Of a DNA stretch of 64,000 nt, positions 16,316 to 29,408 are shown piece by piece. Origin of the DNA: Ginglymostoma cirratum (Eukaryota); the NCBI GenBank assembly GCA_024137785.1, contig JAHRHZ010000274.1:20820086-20884085 (forward strand), in the 5' to 3' direction. How positions within the stretch are numbered: the stretch's first letter is position 1; every line of letters starts with the position of its first letter. A program made the translations under genes and the position numbers. The notes below the pieces were generated by a model. That model was not told the origin of the DNA. It made no database searches and saw nothing but the letters and a program-made list of their open reading frames with translations.

Positions 16316-17061
16316 AAGCTTGCTGACTCTCCAGCCCTCTTATAATAAACAATATTACCTCTAAAAGAAGTCTTGATACTGTTGGTCTCTTAAAGACAGT
16401 CTGCAGATGCATATTAAAGATACAGACTTCATCATTGATATGATGTAGTTATATTGTTTAGCAGGTTGAATGATCTGGACTGACGCAAGTATGCACCATG
16501 TCCACTTTGTGTCCTAATAAGACAGTAGAGTTCGATGCACAAATGCTTACACTCCCGATAAGTAAGCACTGTGCAATCTTTCAGTGTTGGTGAAAGGGGG
16601 ATCAGACAAAAAGGGGGAAGAATTAAACATTGGTAATGGGAGTTCTGACCTCTGATTTCAGAGGCAATGAGAGCTCTGTGTGTCACATTTCAGGAAAGAT
16701 CACCATGTTAATTGTTAACTATGCTCTTAACTCAGAGGCACAGGACCTGTTCAAGATATAAAAATCCCTGGAGACACAAGGCCCCTTCGCTGAGAGCTTT
16801 TAATCAATCTTAGGGCAACAGCTGTTCATTGTGCCTGTAATACACAGGATCACTGCAGGAGGAAGGTAAAGCAGGAGGTCATAGCAGGAGGGGAAAGCAA
16901 GGAGGAGATGAAAACATGGGGAGATGGGGAAAGCTGCAAATCAGAATCAGCAGTGTGGGTTGCCCTGCCTTTCTAATGCCAAGTTTCTCAAAGCAGCCTT
17001 TTGATTGTGAAAGTCCACCATATCCCCATTTCCCCCAACCACCATTCTCCCCCATAGCAGG

Positions 17062-18285
17062 CTAGCAATTTCAAAAGAACTTGCTTTACAGGCATCCACA
17101 CAGCGGCTCACCCTCCTGAACTGTAATTATGTTGTTAAATAAACACTAATTGCTAATTTAAGGGCATCATTGGGCGATAGAGTAGGAAGCATGTCCATGA
17201 GCCTTCTTGCTCTTGGCTTAACTGGGGCAGAGACTGGAAAGTAGTAGGGGCCACGCACTTTCCCTAATGTGGTCCTAGCACCAGGCTTGCCATAGGAAAG
17301 TGAATTAAATTCTGCTATAGCTCTTTAGAAACAACTAAAATTGACTGAGAAGTTTAAAACTGATATGCAATGAATTTCTTGGTCACTGAGAGGCCAAAGG
17401 TATCATGTCAACACTTATTTAAACCACTTCTTAAAATGCAATGCACCATCAGCCCAGTGATGTGATTTCTCAATTAAACTGCGGTATTTCCAAGCATACC
17501 AAAATCTGTGCGTAATTTTACTCATAATGAACAAAAAAAAACAGAAGTTCTACAGATGTATGTTTTTTCACAATTCACAGTTTTGGGTCGTGATTCAGTT
17601 GACAGTGAAGACATGGTCCTATTGCATTACCCAACCATAACCTTTTAGATAGTTAACATCCATGAAGGCTACACATGGTTTCCTCTTTTCTTAAGACCTA
17701 AGTCACTGAATGTATGACCACCAACAGTGGAGATGACGGAGTGGTGTTGTACCAAGTCTCAAGAGCGATACAGGTTCCTGTGGAGTTGTATGATTGAAGA
17801 AGTTTACAAAGTTGCCGAAGGAGTGGGGAACCATTAAAGAAAGACTGAGGGGCATAATTCAACAATGTATTGAGATGTGTACAATTTTAGTCAGTCCTTA
17901 ACTACACCCACATCAAGACGTGGTTTAAATAAGCGTTGACATGATAACTTTGGCCTTTCAGTGACCAAGAAATTCACTGCATATCAGTTTTAAACTTCTC
18001 AATCAATTTTAGTTGTTTCTAAAGAACTAGTGCAGAATTTAATTCACTTTCCTATGGCAAGCCTGGTGCTAGGACCACATTAGGGAAAGTGCATGGTCCC
18101 TACTACTTTCCAGTCTCTACCCTGGTTAGGCCTAGAGGAGGAAGGCTCATGGATATGCTTCCTACCCTATCGCCCAATGATGCCCTTGAATTGGCAATTA
18201 GTGCCTATTTAACAACATAATTACAGTTCAGGTAGGCGAGCCGCTGTGTGGACACCTGTAAAGCAAATTCTTTTGAAATTGCTAG
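17062..18285. repeat. Long inverted repeat: arms 17062-17432 and 17915-18285, ~480-bp spacer
   Basis: The right arm is the reverse complement of the left throughout, e.g. cactttccctaatgtggtcctagcaccaggcttgccataggaaagtgaattaaattctgc. Confidence 0.95.
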
Positions 18286-18789
18286 ATTACCTATGAAAAT
18301 ACAAAGAAAACCCTTGCTTTTATATAACACTTCTCAAGATCAACAGACCTCTAAAGCAAATTTACTGTCAATTAAGCCACCTTTTGGATATAGCCAATGT
18401 TGTAATGTACGAAACATAGCTATTCATCCTTTTTAATTCTCAATTAGAAAATTCCTCTGGCCAATTTTTAAACACTGGCTTTATTTGTTGATGACACATT
18501 CTAAATTCTAGTAAAATACCAGATAAACAAACAACATTTACACTACACTTTTACGCTCCAAATTGTTCTGGATTATCTATTTTTGTCAATAACAATGACC
18601 AGATTAACAGATTATGATCAACACTCAAATGTACATTACTAATATAAAATAGGGGTGATGTAATAATTTTATCATTTCTCGCATTTATAGCTTGAGGATT
18701 TTGCCTTCATGACAGTGGTTAAATATAAAAATATTAATTATTCAGTAATAAAGGGGCAAATGTAAGACTCTGCCCCGGAATGCATGAAG

Positions 18790-19700
18790 CATTCAAAAGC
18801 AAATGGATGAACTAATAGCACAATCGGAAATAAATAATACAGTATGGCCAGGACACAGGCCTCAGAATTATATAGATTGGGACCTGAATATTGAAGGGTA
18901 GGGACATGTAGGAAGGACAGGATGCTAGGAAAACATAAAGAGGTGGCTATATTAATTAATTATGACATTGGCACAATATAGAAGTAATTCGTGGAAGTGA
19001 TGTACGGGCCCCCAAAAAAGTAGCACATGGCAGGGTGGAGCAACAGAAGAAGTAATGGGAAATAAAAACTGAGAAGTGCTGGAGAAACTCAACAGGTCAA
19101 CAGCATCTGTAGTGAGAGTAACAGGTCTGAGGAAAAGCCATACTGGACTTGATACATTAACTCTATTTCTCTCCTTCAGGCACTACCATTATTCAAAAAG
19201 GGAGGCATGCAGGAAGCTGGAAACTAGAGTCCATTTATTTAACAACTGCTGTAGGAAGAATTTTAAAGTTTTATAGCAGGGCATTTCCGGAGTCAACATG
19301 ATTTTGTGAAGTAATATATGCTGTGGATAAAGGAGAATCCATAGATGTACCACGCAGATTTCCAGAAGGCATTCCATAAAGTGCCGTATCAAAGGTCATT
19401 GCAGAAAATAGTAGCTCATGATACAAGGGGAAACATATTGACATGGATAAAACATTGGGTAACTAACAGAAAACAGGTCACCCACTTATAAAACTTTTTG
19501 GAACTCACTTCCTCCCAAAAGTAGTGGAGAGTATTTTAAGCTTTTTAAGATAGAGTTTGATTCTACATAAACAATTGGTTGAACGATTATCATTGATCGG
19601 CAAGGTTGTGTAGAAATCAGGTCAGCCATGATCTTACTGAATGGCGGAGCAGGCCTGTAGGGTCAAGTGGCCTACTTTTGCTCCTAATTCATATGTTCAT
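18790..19700 (+). mobile_element. Fragmented CR1 LINE with an old Penelope pLTR pair inserted at ~19060-19180
   Basis: CR1 remnants (DFQKAFxKVP-like gatttccagaaggcattccataaagtgccg) and CR1 3' tail tcagccatgatcttactgaatggcggagcagg. Confidence 0.65.
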
Positions 19701-22700
19701 ATTGAAGATGCAGTTATTGTGTTCATTAGTATCAATATGAAGTGTGTTTCATAAAATGAAAGTGGAAATAAAATTGACGAGTTGGGTCTGCACTCTGAAT
19801 CTAGTTTCCCCAGAAACAGGAGACAGAAACTACCTTGGATAGATCATTTCACATTGCCGCTGCTACAGACCAGGCAAAGACAGATTTTGAGAAATATGTA
19901 CGATGTGACTTTACAAACACTTTTTTCCATTTTTTGATGTTATGAATCAACAGTATTTTGGTCCATTCTCTTATGGTAATCTGAGGAGCAGGACTTTGTA
20001 TATCAATTTAAATTTACATGCACTAAGCTCCAATGTTGGTGAGCTCATAACAAAGGGCAGGCAGTAAATGTAAGATGGGATTGTAGCCTTGACAATTGCA
20101 TTCCAGAGTTACTATTCTGCTCAGCAGCAATATTATAACCTTGACCTAAATAATCAGAAAAATGCTGCTGTTACTGCTGCTTCTTGCTTAACTCTTCACG
20201 ATGTGAGCCAGCCAAAATTACAGCATGGAATTTCCCTGATTTACAATGCTACAGATCGAAATCCAATACTCACAGGAGCTGTTGCATGGACATGTTGAGC
20301 ACCTGGGCCAACTTGATTTCAAAATTCCATGGCAATTTCAGCTTGTTGAGTTCACAGCAAGTCCATGCTATCACATTTGTGATATCTACTGTGGTGTGAA
20401 CTTCTACTGTGCCCTTCTGCGTGCATTAATGTCATTGCTCTTTTAATACAAAATATACCTTTAGCATCTTGCAAAATGACACTTTGATATGAAAGGCCTC
20501 TGCACAAATGGATTGCATCTTATAGCTACCATGGCTTAACTGTTTAGTGAGAAGGTTGAAAATATATTACTATATCTATTAGAATTGTGATCTTCTGTAC
20601 AATAGGTGAAGAAATCAAAAATGCATTCAGCAGTCATGTTGGTGAATACAGAATACAAGATCAACACAGGGATTTTTCCAAAATGAATAGCGGACCAAAC
20701 CTGTATTTTCTTTGAGGCTGTCTTTCTATCTGGTCTATTAGTTTGGTGATCCCATTTCCTGGTTAAAACTAAACTGTTGCTGGATCTTTTTATTTTAATC
20801 CACTATTGTTTCCAGCTCCTTCAAATTATAACGATAGCTGGAGGTGAGGAGTGGGATTCTGGCCCCCTTTGATTCCAATTACTCCCATCAAGCTGCCCTC
20901 AATTACGAGGTACATTAATTCAAAGACTGAGTGCGGAAATTGCCACCTCACAGCAACTCCTCCAAATCGCTTTAGGATAGCTCGGAATTCAATACCAACA
21001 CAGAAAGAGTGACTGTCAGTCAGTCACTGTCATCATGTAATTATCATACTATTAATAGGACTTTTAGCAAGTGTTTCCCAACTAAATTGGTTACAGTCAA
21101 ATATACTAACGACGGGATGATTATCAAACAGGACATCAGTAAAAGTAGGATGGGTCCTCCACGAAAAAGTCTAAGAGTCTGTTTCAGTATACTGAGGATC
21201 AGGAATACACAGTAAATAAATACATGCACATTCCTATATTCGTATCGTGTTGAACAGCAGCGAGGCCTCTCTACACTGTAGCCACAATAATCAGCACAGT
21301 GTGGGTGGAGCTTCAGTACATAAAACTGCATTGTCAACTTGTAATCTGCTGATTTGAGCTCTTCCCACAGAACAGCAACCATAGTCAAAGATAATGTTTC
21401 TCAGCATTCCTGGTGTCATTCCTTTGTTTAAAATGGATGGCAAGTTTCCCAACCTGAAAGTTTAACACTGTCCTAAAGTTCACTCAGGACCTAATTGTTT
21501 TCACACACTATCCTGGTTAATTACAAAGACAAATGATGTCACGACGAGTTTATACGGGTCTCACCAAAAATAGAATCCAATACAACGAAAAAAACAAAGT
21601 CATTTCAGCAACAGAAGGATCTCGTCCTACAATCAGACTCACACCAATCATCTGAGCTAATATTAGTCTTACTGAATACGGAGGTCTGTAGAAGAATTGT
21701 CCAGGCAGATGGCACATTCCCACCCACATACACTCCAATAACAGACAAAAAAAAGCTCACCACTCAGTTTTGTAATGGATCATTTAGTCAACAATCAATA
21801 AACGATTAAGTAAAGCACTGAAGATTGCCTATTCTCAAGCATATCTAGTACTGTATAGAACACAATGGCTGGAGAAGAGGTGGTGTGGTGGTAATATCAC
21901 TTGGCTAGTAAACCAGAATTCTAGGCCAATGCTCTGGGAGCATGCATTTGAATTGCACCATGGCAGATGGTGAAATCTACATTCAATAAAATCTGGAAAC
22001 AAAGAAGCTGGCCTAATGGTGATCCTGTAACTATTGCTGATTGTGATAAAAACCCGTCTGGTTCGTTCATGTCCTTTAGGGATTCTTATCTGGTCTGGAC
22101 TACATGTGACTGCAGAACCACAATAATGTGTCTGACTCTTAACTGCCTCTGAAGTGCTCTGAAAAGCCACCTAGTTGCATCAAACTGCTATAAAATATGA
22201 TTAAAAGAAATGGGCACTGATGTAGGCACTAGAATCAACAATGACACACACAGCCCTGTTGACCCTGTGAAGTCTTCCTCACCAACATCTGGGGACTGTT
22301 TCCAAGATTGGGAGAGGAGTCATACAAAATGCATCAAGCAATAGCCTGACACAGTCCTACTCATACTATCATACATTACATACAATCAGCATCCCAGGGT
22401 ATATCCTATCCCAACAGCAGCACAACGCCTGCGATGACAATACAGGGGTATACATTCAGGAAGAAGTTGTCCAGAATGTCCTCAAGACTGACGTTGCACT
22501 ACGTGATATCAGTTCCAACAGGGCGAGGAAACCTTCAGATGATTACCACCATATCCCCACACCTCAGATGATGAATCAGCTTTCATCATGCTGAACACAA
22601 TCGGTGAAAGCAGTATGTACACTGAGTAAAGAAAATCAAAATCTGTTACCAAGAATGACTCAGTACACTACTACTGAGTGGTGTCCTAGACTGGGTCTGT

Positions 22701-23480
22701 CAGAAGCATTAAAGGAGTGAACGAGGGGAAAAAAATCTGCTTGACTTTGTCTTTACCAATCTACCTATCACAGATATTTCTGTCTAGAGTATGATGGTAG
22801 GAATGACTACTGCACAGTCCCTGTGGAGATAAAGTCCTATCTTTACAGTCATGATACCCTTCTTCATGTAGTTTGGCACTATCTCTGTACTAAATGGGAC
22901 AGACTACAAACAAATCTAGCAAATCAAAAACTGAGCATCCATAAGACACTGGGCCATCAGCAATGGCAGAACTGTACTCAATCAAAATCTGTGACAACAT
23001 AGCCTCACATATCCCCCTCTATAACATTACCATCATGCTGAGAGATCAACTGGCACAAGATGAGCACCAGGCTTACCTACAAATGAAACGTCCACCCGGC
23101 AAAGCTACAAGAAAGGAATACTAACATGCAGACAGGGCAAAGCAATTCCACAACCAACAGATCAGATTTAAGCTCTGCTGACTTGCCACATCAGTCATGA
23201 ATGGTGGTAGACAATTAAACAACAAGAGGTACAGGTTTCACAAAAATGCAAAAGACTAGGCTGAAACATTTGCAGCATCTTGAACTGCAAGTGCGAAGTG
23301 GATGCTTCATTTCCTAGAGATCCTCAGCATCAAAGATGCCAGTTTTCATCCAAGTTTATTCACTCTGCATGAGAGCAAACAACAGCAGAAAGCAGTAGGC
23401 ACGGCAAAAGATATGGGACCTGACAACATTCCAGCAATACTCTTGACGTGATTCCAGAACTAGCCATGCACCCAAGCCAA

Positions 23481-23704
23481 AGATAGTAGGAACTGCAGAT
23501 GCCGGAGAATCTGAGATCACAAGGTGGAGATAAAGTCCTATCTTTACAGTCAAGATACCCTTCTTCATGTAGTTTGGCACTATCTCTGTACTAGACTGAA
23601 AAAAATTTTTCTGAAGAAGGGTCTAGGCGCGAAACGTCAGCCTTCCTGCTCCTCTGATGCTGCTTGACCTGCTGTGTTCATCCAGCTCGACACCTTGTTA
23701 TCTC
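23481..23704. mobile_element. Penelope-like inverted pLTR insertion nested in a LINE, with ~16-bp TSD and internal 70-bp templated segment
   Basis: Flanked by catgcacccaagccaa (23465-23480) and catgtacccaagccaa (23704-23719). Left arm agatagtaggaactgcagatgccggagaatc, right arm ctgaagaagggtctagg...ccttgttatctc. Confidence 0.8.
23611..23638 (+). ncRNA. Hammerhead ribozyme motif with one mismatch in stem II
   Basis: CTGAAGA-A-GGGTCTAGGCGC-GAAA-CGTC. Confidence 0.55.
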
Positions 23705-26700
23705 ATGTACCCAAGCCAAGCTGTTCTGGTACAGCCACAACACTGGCATCTACCTGACAATGTAGAAAATTGCATAGGTATGTCCTGTGTGCAAAAAGCA
23801 GGGCAAATCTAACCTGGCCAATTAACATCCTATCAACTACTCATAATCATCAGCAAAGTAATTGAAACAGCCATCGACAATGCCATCAAGTGGCACTTGT
23901 AAAGGAATAACTTAATCATTGATGCTCAGTTTGGGTTCCACCACAGCCACTCAGTCCTGACTTCATTGCGGCCTTGGTTCAGACATGGAGAAAAGAGCTG
24001 AATTCCAGAGGTGTTTTCAGAGTGACTGACCTTGATAGCAAGGCAGCATTTAATATAGTATGGAATCAAGATATCTGAACAAAACTAGAGTCAATGAGAA
24101 TCTGGGGAAAAGACGCTCCACTGGTCAGTGTCATTCCTGGTACAAAGGGAGATGTCAATGGCTTTTGGAGGTCAGTCATCTCAGTTCTAGGACATCTTCA
24201 CAAATATTTCTCAGGGTAGCATCCTGGGCCCAATCATCATCAGCTGCTTCATCAATGACTTTCCCTCCAACATAAGGTCAGAAGTGGGAAGGTTCGTTCA
24301 TGACTGCATAATGTTCAGCACTATTCATAACTCTTAGATACTCTGTTGAAATATAGCAAGACCTGGACAACATCCGGGTTTGGGCTTGTAAGTGGCGAGT
24401 AACATGTCAGCTACTCAAATGCCAGGCAATGACCATCTCGAGGAAGAGACAATCTGTATATTGTCCCTTGATATTCAAAGGCAATACCAACCTTCTGGAG
24501 GTTACTATTGACTAGAAACTAGACTAAACTAGCCACATAAATACAGTGATTTCAAGAGGAGGGCAGAAATTAGGAATCCTGTTGCAAGTAGCTCCACTTC
24601 TGACTGTCCACCATCTATAAGGCACATGTCAGGAGTATGATGGAGTGCTCTCCACATGTGTGGATGAGTGCAGCTCCAACAACATTCAAGAAACTTGACA
24701 CTTCATTTCCACCACCAATGCTCAGTAGCAGCAACGTGTACCATTTAAAACATGCATTGCAGAAATTCATCAAAACTCCTCAGATTGCATATTTCAGAGC
24801 TATGACCACTACCATCTCAAAGAACAAGGGCAGAAGATACATGGGAACATGACCAAGTTCCCTTCCAAGCAACTTACCATCCCAACATGGAATTATGTCG
24901 CTCCCAAAACCCTCCCTAACAGCATGTGGTTACCTACACCAAATGGACTGCAACAGCTATCTTGCATTATGGGTGGCCAGGCCAAGTGCAGCCATCAGGT
25001 GATGAGGGCAAGGATAATTGTAACAGATTTCACAGTTGTAAGTTATTCATCATTTTTAGTTAGGTGTTCCCTTATTATTTGATACTGTGACTTTATTTAT
25101 AGGTAATTCACAAAACTTGGGCAAATTTGAGGAGGCGGTTGCAGAAGGACAAGAGGTTGGCAGACATAAAAGGAGTGGCATTAAAGAACCAACACTGGCA
25201 AGAGGACGAAAATGCAGTGCAACAAGCTTACATATGCAGTTTCCATTATTGTGGACACAGGAATTTATAATAGAGGAAAACATTGGCACAAAAGTATGAT
25301 AAAGATCTAACAGGATGTAACATTTTGTAGACAGGAAATATACACAGATGCAAGATTATTAATATATTGAAGCTATGCAAATTACATTGTAGAAACAGTC
25401 ACTGCAAGGGAATTAAATATGAATGAATAAACTAAACCTTTCAGTATTGATAAATCGATAGTTACGTTTGTAACTAAGAAAAACTGTTACCTGCAAGGTT
25501 GTAACTCCTACCATATGATTTATTAAACATTCGCACTAAACTGTTTTCTTTTAAAAAAAAAAGGAAACATGATAAAGGAAATAAAAGCTATCAAGTTGAA
25601 CTCCTGCAGATGCCAAGACAGTCAATGACTGTTCGTGAAGAAATTCCTTAACATTAAAATTGTTATCCAGAGTAGCATTAGAACATCTACTGAATTTTCT
25701 TGCATCTCAAACCCAACAACTAGACTGGAGGCTTTTGAGAAAAATGTCTACTCTACTCCAATTCTTGGAATTCTACAAGTCACGAGTATACAAGCATCTT
25801 CTATGTTCCTATCTTTCACCGCTTTGACATAACACTTCAGTTGACAAATATTTCATGAGTGCTGTTAATTTTTGAACAATCACTGTGTCCAATAAAATAA
25901 TTAACTGAGGCTTACGTTGGGCTGATGTAATGCTATTTCAGCCTAACTGGATCTTCCACTATGAATAAATAATTGAAATGAATATAGAAGCTTCCCTACT
26001 TTAAAAAAATCATAAACTGAAAAATAACTTGCTTGTCATTTTTTTTGTCCCCTTTCCTGATTTCACGTCATCTTCAGTTCAGAAACGGTCCTTTGGGTCC
26101 TGCTGTGAGGAGATATCTAAAATGTTCTCTAATAACTCTCTTGATGTTTGCTTTCTCTTTTTAAGAAACCAGGTAGTGTGGCAGAGAACCCTTGGCCAAC
26201 ACCTAGGTACAGGTGATCCAAAGTGGTTAAGACAAAGCATTACAGACTGCCACCACAATAGCATGTTGTCTTTCTTTTCCACAAAGAACAAGGTAGCTGT
26301 AATTTGTAATGGATAAATGTAAGTATTTGATGCTACCATGGTTAAAAACAAACATCAACAGGAGAGTAAAATTATTCCAGGTCAATAGGACAAGGAGGAA
26401 ACTCAAGGTGAACTTTGAAAATTGAACACTTGAGCAATTAGCTATTCTACTAGACGAATAGTTCTTATTCCAGCTAGACAACAAGAACCAACGCACATAC
26501 TGCAGAATTGTTAGCCACGGCGAAGACTCGGGATATATTAATAAGTCACTAAGAATTTACACAATTCTTAATGAAGGGAAGATTCCTGCATGGCAATAGT
26601 TGCCTCTTGGAGATAATAAACAATAATTTAATCATAAACTAAAGCTTAAACATAAAAATTATCAATTTTCCCTGCACCCAATATCAATCACTCTCAAATC

Positions 26701-26734
26701 CTTCAGATCAGTCCAGCATAAAGAATTTAAAGAA

Positions 26735-27470
26735 AAGCATATGATCTAAATGGTGAAAGGTTGCAGAGCTCTGAAATGCAGAGCAATATGGACGTCACTG
26801 TGCGTGAATTGAAGAAGATTAGTATCCAAGTACAGCAAGTAATCGGGACAACTAACAGAATGTTATGCTTTATTGTGAGAGAATTGAATGCAAGAGTAGT
26901 GAAGTTGTGCTTCAGTTATACAGGGCATTCATGAGATTGCATCTGGAATATGGTGTACAGTACAGGTAACTATACTTATGGAAGAATGTTAATATGTTGG
27001 AAGGAGTTCACAGAATGTTTCCAAAACCGACGCCTGGAATGAGTGGATTGCCTTATTAGAAAAGACTCTGGAATATCCAAGAGTCAGGGATGACTTAATT
27101 GAAACATGTGAGATCCTGAGGAGACTTGACTGGGTGGTTGTAGAAAGGATGTTTCCTCTTGTGGCAGAATCTAGAACTAGGGGTCATAGTTTAAAAATAA
27201 GGGGTCCCATCTGAAACAGGGATATGGATTTTACTTTTATCTCAAGTGTGTGATAAATCTTTGGAATCTCCTTCCTCAAAAAGCAGTGGATGCCAAATCT
27301 TTAAATATTTTTAAGGTAGTGGTAGCTAATTATTGATTACCAAGGGGAATGAAGATTATCAGGGGATAGGCAGAAATGTAAAGGTGAAGTTAAGATCAGA
27401 TCAGCCATGATCTTATTGAATGGAGGAAGAAGCTTGAAGGTCTGATTGGCCTATTCTTGTTTGTACATAT
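26735..27470 (+). mobile_element. CR1 LINE 3' fragment
   Basis: Degenerate C-terminal ORF2 (LEYxVQ, LEGVxRxF, RxDLIET-like) and tail agatcagatcagccatgatcttattgaatgg. Confidence 0.8.
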
Positions 27471-28524
27471 GTATCACTCTTAAAAAAAACCCTGAGGAAA
27501 TATCACATTCTTGCTGAGCTTCAGAGAAAGTTTCCTTAATATTTTACCATTCCTTACAACTTGGTTGCTTCAATGTCACAGGAGCTTTGTCATAATGGAA
27601 AGAGACTTTGAGAGCTATTCCAACTCCATCTAATAATTTTACAACTCCATTAAATTCCTCAAAAGCCCAAAGCAGCTAAAGAATCCTCAAACATGTTTAG
27701 GGATCATGGCTGGCACAAAGAATGCCACTAGGACCTGATACATTATAAGGGCAGAACAGAAACAGCTCAAAATGAACCATCCCAGGAAAGGAAAAGAAAA
27801 CGCATTTTCATCTTGCTGCACTAAGTCTACCTCTTAATATTATGAATGTATTTTTATGCCTATGCTTTGATTTTTGCCTTCACATCTATCTTCCTGTTTT
27901 AACTAGTCCCAGTTGGCAATTTGCACAACTTGATTTTTATCAAAAAGCTGCCTCTTGATTTACCATCAGATTACTCCAGGTACCTTTTACACTGAATATT
28001 ATTAAGAGAAATTGGGTATTCCTACTCTTAAATCTTTGATTAACTCACTTAACCTGGAACTAAAAACAATGGACCATTACAGTACTCTGAATATGTTTCC
28101 CTGATCAATGTACAACTTCCTTATGTCTGAATCTGTAAAACTGACCAAATGTTCATGAGGAAAGTCTTGGTTTCTTATTTTACTCTGAATTAACATTATT
28201 AGGGCCATCTAAAACTCTCCAAGTCAAAGTAAACTCTTCTCCATGTTAATTATACATATTTTAATGTGGCTCGTTTGTTGCCTTAATTACAGCATTCTCA
28301 GTACATACAACATTCCTTGTTCTTTTTTGAATTGCTGCAGAAGCTTTACCTACATTGGTTACACAAATTTGAAACAGCTTCAACCGACAATTATTTACTT
28401 TTGACTCTGTTTCTTTTTTCCATTATTATTCAGAAGGTTTTCCGTTACCACATGTTTAAATAGCACCTCTGATAATATAACAACTAACTGCCAAAATGTT
28501 CCTTTGCAATGTATATTTTTATTA

Positions 28525-28695
28525 AAATAGAAAATATTGGAGAAAGAGCACGTAGGGCAGCATCAACGGAGAGAGACAGATGGTGCCCTACTTGCTGAGT
28601 TTGTCCAGCATTTTCTCTTTTTATTTCAGATTTCTGTTTCCACACCGTAAGGAGTCAATGATTTCTAGCATCCATACTATCTTGCTTTTATATTT
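28525..28695. mobile_element. Old Penelope pLTR inverted pair
   Basis: aaatagaaaatattggaga...gcagcatc against gatggtgcc...ttgctgagtttgtccagcattttctctttttatttcagatt. Confidence 0.55.
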
Positions 28696-28809
28696 TTACT
28701 ATTTGATTTTTATTAGCCTCTTGTGCAATTGAATTTTGCATTTCTCTCGATTGCATTTGTTGCCCTTTTGTTTTACAGACTGAAATGTGGCTTGATCAGA
28801 AAGAGGCAG

Positions 28810-29090
28810 GGTCACATCGATATCTCGTAGCTCCTACACCTTCACGGGACCATGCCTTACCGCCAACGTCCCGATCTTGTCCATCGCCATCCGCTGGGGA
28901 TATCCCGTCCCACCGGCAGGGCAGGCCGGCTCAGAGGGAAGGTAAAGACGAGAGGGGTTTAAAAAAAAAACAGGAATGAAATGGAGCGACGGTGAAGGAA
29001 GGAGTTACGAGTCGGGGTGGTGTGTGTTTGGAGGCACCGAGGGTGTAGTTTAGGCCGGCTGACCACGATCGCGTTGTAGTCAAGGCTATT
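28810..29090 (-). promoter_or_regulatory. Small intronic CpG-rich patch, putative alternative promoter
   Basis: About 280 bp with many CpGs in AT-rich surroundings, not resembling the local repeat families, and containing the candidate exon 28861-28890. Confidence 0.5.
28861..28890 (-). CDS. Candidate alternative first coding exon of the NFI gene (MAMDKIGTLA)
   Basis: Minus strand ATG GCG ATG GAC AAG ATC GGG ACG TTG GCG|gtaagg: strong phase-0 donor, in frame with exon 2, inside an isolated CpG-rich patch. The second ATG has a good Kozak context (GCGATGG). Confidence 0.55.
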
Positions 29091-29408
29091 ATACTTTCCA
29101 GTAAAACCCCCAGAATTAGTACGTACTGTTAAAATCTAAATGGCCGTCATGACCCCTTTGTGGATGACAGTATGAATACTGAGTCAGTCGCAGAGAATTT
29201 CGAATGTTCTATTCTGCTCAGACAAAACAAAAATCAAATGTGTGGCAGGGAGGGAAAATCAGATGAGAGAAGTAACAAAGCATAATTATAAATAGCATGT
29301 AGACTCCAGACAGAAACGTGCTTTCGCTCCACTAAGTTGTTCATTTTGTAGAAAAGAAGGGAGCGCCACGGTTTGGAAACGTTTCAGTGGAGCTACTCGT
29401 GGATACTG

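Larger units (their letters stand above)
21870..24960 (+). mobile_element. Degraded non-LTR retrotransposon (CR1/L2 group LINE) with SINE-like 5' head
   Basis: Frameshifted RT motifs: GIYxTMxKIAxVCPVxKKQxKSNxANxxPI (~23745-23850), SQGSILGPIIISCFINDFPS (~24205-24270), FxxDC (~24292). Its 3' end recurs at ~16000 and ~40750. Confidence 0.8.

Noticed and set aside
28840-28935. Faint resemblance to 5S rRNA (ccatgcc...cccgatcttgtc...gcagggcaggcc)
   Set aside because: Spacing is wrong and there is no C box. The spliced-exon reading on the other strand fits better.
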